A stretch of 24,000 nucleotides of DNA from Methylophaga sp. (GTDB lineage: Bacteria; Pseudomonadota; Gammaproteobacteria; Nitrosococcales; Methylophagaceae), in the NCBI RefSeq assembly GCF_002696735.1, contig NZ_NZSL01000019.1; one strand, 5' to 3'. Shown here piece after piece: positions 22,192 through 24,000 of this stretch. Position numbers and translations under genes: made by a program. Under the pieces are notes generated by a model that had not been told where the DNA came from, did not search any database, and saw only the letters and a program-made list of their open reading frames with translations. Each line of letters starts with the position of its first letter. The stretch's first letter is position 1.

Positions 22192-23546
22192 TAGTCATTC
22201 TCTGAACTGATAGTGTCATTCGGTAAATTGGTGCGCGGTGTTGGGTTGCTAGTTGAGTTTCCAACACGTACTTTCATGGCTTCAACATCTTTAATTGTTT
22301 GTGACGTTGCAGCAGCAAGGCGCTTGTTCATCTCATGCTCAAATAATGTGTCATCAATGGATTGCTGCAGGCGTGCTGAGTATTTTTGAGCTGCTTCCTG
22401 AGCCGGCCCGTTTTGTGACACGTTTGGTTCTTGTGCGCCAGAGAACAATAGTCGGAGAAGCATTAATGACATTTCAATGACACGAGCGGTCGCTACTTCC
22501 TGAATTAAACGGCCTTTTAGAATGTTTTGTTCTGCAGGAGACAGCTTTCTTAAAGCCTGAATAGTCCCAGAAGTAATAACAACGCTTGGAGTAGAGATTG
22601 ACAGCAGATTATCACCGGACATTTCTAAATTACCGTTAATGAGATCATCGAAGATTGGCGTTAAACGCTCGACCTCTTTATTGATTTCAAAGGACATGCC
22701 ACGGGCTGGCATCGTTTCTGTTGGTCGATCAGAATATGTACGTACCTTCTCTTCGCCAAGTAGGGAACGGCTAAAGCTCATCAATTCTTCAGGAGACTCC
22801 CAAAGCTCACTGACTCTACTGCCATTTTGAGGTGCAATAGCGTTTGAATTTGCATCACGATTTAAAGATTGGTTATAGCCCGCTTTCACTATGTCAGATG
22901 GTATGTCGATAGGTCGCTGACCTCGACCACCAGCTTTGGTGCCACCTACCCAGGTCACACCATTATCGCCATTGTTTTTTTCTACGTTTTGCTGTGCCTG
23001 GACAACATCTACAGAAGCGGTTCGGTATCCACCGCCTCCCATCTGGCCTTGCCAATCTTGTGTCCGGGAAATATCTATCCAGCCCTCAAACGGGCTTCCA
23101 CCCTGAGAAATGGTTTGTTGCATTTGTTGGCAGCTCTGAGTAGAAACACGAACCCCTTGCTCTGCCCTTGCCATGCTATTCATAAGTAGCTCATACAAGC
23201 CAGGATTCGCACGCTGCAACATCAGTAATGGAAGTGAAGCAATTGCACCAGTGGCAGCATCTGTAACCTGTTGTTGAATGGCGTCAGCACCGCTTTTAAC
23301 TTGGTTTAATGTATTTGCTATGCCAAGCGTAGGGTCGAATGCGCTACAGTTAAAGCCACTACCCCAGTCTAGTGATCCACCGAGAATAATACTGTTAGTT
23401 ATAGGTGATGCAGGGGCTGTCATAGCCCTTTGACCGCCAACACCGTAATACCAAGCTGCATTTGAATCAGGTATCTGCAGGTTATAAGCATACGAATTAC
23501 CAGAGCATATTAAGGCGGTAGTAATAGCTAGATATTTCAGTTTCAC
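22191..23546 (-). CDS. ICE conjugation protein, PFL_4711/TIGR03755-like, secreted (451 aa from GTG)
   Basis: AAGGAA, 6 nt, then GTG at 23546. This gives the signal peptide VKLKYLAITTALICSGNSYA. Size and gene order fit, but the family assignment is from memory of the ICE TIGRFAM set and was not searched. Confidence 0.6.
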   Translation of the reverse strand: MKLKYLAITTALICSGNSYAYNLQIPDSNAAWYYGVGGQRAMTAPASPITNSIILGGSLDWGSGFNCSAFDPTLGIANTLNQVKSGADAIQQQVTDAATGAIASLPLLMLQRANPGLYELLMNSMARAEQGVRVSTQSCQQMQQTISQGGSPFEGWIDISRTQDWQGQMGGGGYRTASVDVVQAQQNVEKNNGDNGVTWVGGTKAGGRGQRPIDIPSDIVKAGYNQSLNRDANSNAIAPQNGSRVSELWESPEELMSFSRSLLGEEKVRTYSDRPTETMPARGMSFEINKEVERLTPIFDDLINGNLEMSGDNLLSISTPSVVITSGTIQALRKLSPAEQNILKGRLIQEVATARVIEMSLMLLRLLFSGAQEPNVSQNGPAQEAAQKYSARLQQSIDDTLFEHEMNKRLAAATSQTIKDVEAMKVRVGNSTSNPTPRTNLPNDTISSEND

Positions 23547-23556
23547 AATGCGTTCC

Positions 23557-24000
23557 TTATGGGTATGACATGAAGTTGATGCTGTACAGGAAAAACTGTC
23601 CCTTTCGTTCGCAGCATTGATAGGGACGCCAAAGGGTCCATGCATAGTTGCCGGTTGAAGCGTTATTGCCATTACCATCCCAACCAGCTAAGGAGGTAGT
23701 GTCGTTCTCACCAAATACAGTGCAGCTTTTAGATGTTTCTGGAACAAGCATTTGCCACTTGCCATTTTTATCTGTGTTTTCTTCTAAGCCACTTGGAGGC
23801 CATATGCGACCGTTGTAACCTGGTGTTCCAGATAACGACTGATATACGTGAGGCTGGCCTGAACGCGTAACAATATCTCCTACCCTCTGAGCTATTACGG
23901 CACCTGCTTTAGCATCTGACGATTGGCTGATGAATCCGCTTCGTGGATATACAGAACCCCATGTGTTGATTGGAAAGCTACCAATCTCTCTTATTCCTGG
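23557..24000 (-). CDS. TraU-like ICE conjugation protein (PFL_4710/TIGR03756-like), C-terminal 147 codons; the 5' end lies outside the window
   Basis: The frame is open from the window edge: PGIREIGSFPINTWGSVYPRSGFISQSSDAKAGAVIAQRVGDIV...KWQMLVPETSKSCTVFGEN...YAWTLWRPYQCCERKGQFFL. The WG..YPR.G, AQR and WRPY.CC motifs are TraU-like. Confidence 0.65.
   Translation of the reverse strand, partial: PGIREIGSFPINTWGSVYPRSGFISQSSDAKAGAVIAQRVGDIVTRSGQPHVYQSLSGTPGYNGRIWPPSGLEENTDKNGKWQMLVPETSKSCTVFGENDTTSLAGWDGNGNNASTGNYAWTLWRPYQCCERKGQFFLYSINFMSYP

Noticed and set aside
21824-23678. N-terminal extensions of the traG ORF (to 21904) and the PFL_4711-like ORF (to 23678)
   Set aside because: The extensions overlap the preceding genes and lack SDs. 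The shorter starts give a typical TraG-N N-terminus and a signal peptide, respectively.

Overview
This window is accessory, mobile-element-rich DNA. It is low-GC by eye, and the source is probably a gammaproteobacterial conjugative element, either an ICE or a plasmid; a Legionella-like host is only a guess.

Layout, left to right:
- 1-3.3 kb: a decayed heavy-metal sensor kinase, an MFS transporter and a defective IS3-family IS.
- 3.5-9.5 kb: a RES-Xre toxin-antitoxin pair, a DUF2971 + membrane-protein operon, a small-membrane-protein bicistron behind a long structured leader, a two-gene hypothetical operon, StbD-RelE and one more hypothetical gene.
- 9.5-12.4 kb: a complete 2.9-kb ISL3-family IS with 27-bp inverted repeats and an 8-bp target duplication. 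It carries an ArsR-type regulator and a BASS-type permease as passengers.
- 12.5-14.3 kb: an overlapping gene pair with an in-frame stop, and a tyrosine recombinase.
- 14.3-15.3 kb: about 0.95 kb with no credible gene.
- 15.3-16.9 kb: palindrome-containing iterons followed by a ParM/StbA-like actin-type partition operon.
- 16.9-19.5 kb: a second copy of the leader + small-peptide module, a short MOBH-relaxase-like protein with substituted catalytic motifs, and a third, divergent leader copy in front of a 140-aa membrane protein.
- 19.7-24.0 kb: a membrane protein and the tail of a genomic-island-type (MPF_G, ICEclc/PAPI-1/ICEHin1056-like) T4SS cluster: TraU-like, PFL_4711-like, a small membrane protein and TraG-N.

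The most unusual signal is a three-copy family of ~190-nt minus-strand leaders. Each has its own sigma70-like promoter, five hairpins supported by compensatory substitutions, and, in two copies, a terminator/antiterminator-style 3' end. I do not recognise it as a described RNA family.
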